Shown here piece by piece: positions 63,031-64,000 of a DNA stretch of 64,000 nucleotides. The position numbers were made by a program, and so were the translations under genes. The stretch comes from Octopus vulgaris. Lineage: Eukaryota. The stretch lies in assembly GCA_951406725.2 (NCBI GenBank), contig OX597820.1:72540001-72604000 (forward strand). Reading direction: 5' to 3'. Each line of letters begins with the position of its first letter. Position 1 is the stretch's first letter. The notes beneath the pieces are model-generated. The model was given only the letters and a program-made list of their open reading frames with translations, did not search any database and was not told the origin of the DNA.

Positions 63031-64000
63031 TGAACTAATGGGTATATGTTGATTAGTGTGTTGAAGTGTTTAGTAGACCACTTACATAGTTTGGGCTACC
63101 TGGTGTCATCCACAGTCAGGGAGCTACTTTGGGAATACTGCACTATTAGTTGAGATAATAATAATAATAATTTCTTAAGTAAGCAGAAGATGGATTTGGT
63201 ATTAATCTTTATTTTGTACTACGGATGTTTTGACCCATCCTGCTACTGACCCTTGTGGATGGGACTCTGTTCAACATGTTGCGTTGCATCCATTTTGCAG
63301 TTTGGGTCTCATCAGGTACAGCCATACATAAAGTTGTATCTCGCTGAAGATCCTGAGTTTTGGTTGTCATGTTGTTATATGCTTGTCTAGTTAGGGAATG
63401 AAACATTGCTACAGTTTTCAATTACTATTATCATTCTATAAGAATTGCCAACATTTGTAAGAACTGTTTCGATCAAAAAAGAAGAAACAGTTAAAGGGAA
63501 AGTGAATGGAAGAAGGTTTAAAACAAAGGAATGGTATTAGAAAAAAGGGAAAGATATATGCAGGCTAGAATGTCTAGGGGTTGGAGGGTTGTTTAGCTAC
63601 TTAGCTTAGGTCGGGATGTATTTACATACATTCGTACACATATGCTTGTACATACATTCGCATGCATACACTCATACATACATTTACACAAGGGACGGCT
63701 GCCCAGAAGATAATCTCACCGTAAGCTTGTCATCACAGTTACCTCAAGAAGAGGGCACCATGTAGACAGTCTGACTCACTCCACATCTATATCACCAAGG
63801 TTTAATAACACACCCCTATGCTTCTATATATGTATCCACATGCATGCATACACTTACATATACATACACATATCCATATGTATATATTTACACATACATT
63901 TTCATACATCTAACCCCCTACATCCATACATATATTTTTATATACACATGCACACACAGGTGTATGCATATACGTATACCTATATATATATCATAAATAT

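Noticed and set aside
63180-63480. CR1/Jockey-like 3' fragment or exon (VPDE motif)
   Set aside because: Motif too short and no convincing splice sites; left unassigned

Overview
AT-rich eukaryotic non-coding DNA (intronic or intergenic), saturated with microsatellites ((TA)n, (CA)n, (AAT)n, (GAT)n, (GGT)n) and transposon relics. The repeat repertoire closely resembles what I recall from Octopus/coleoid genomes; this is recognition and was not verified by search. Almost all ORFs in the track are microsatellite or repeat artefacts. Recognisable elements: four abundant SINE-like families (labelled A-D here), two mariner relics, Tc1/maT-like fragments, two hAT MITEs with 8-bp TSDs, a TA-flanked MITE, a Ty3/Gypsy integrase with PPT and LTR, RTE 3' ends, and a Helitron 3' end. 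There are two candidate host exons (7792-7929 minus; 58003-58255 plus). The most unusual signal is a Penelope-like layer: about 8 fold-back inverted repeats, several with a one-sided tail, and about a dozen type I hammerhead-ribozyme-like cores, mostly decayed but one near-intact at 11571-11692. This layer includes a small element present three times (36.1, 41.9 and 49.4 kb). It joins a tRNA-derived Pol III head, an (AAT)n spacer and a minimal hammerhead, and is arranged head-to-head as a palindrome with 13-15 bp TSDs. It is a candidate ribozyme-bearing SINE that parasitises Penelope elements. Coordinates of degenerate repeats are approximate, and identities were judged by eye.
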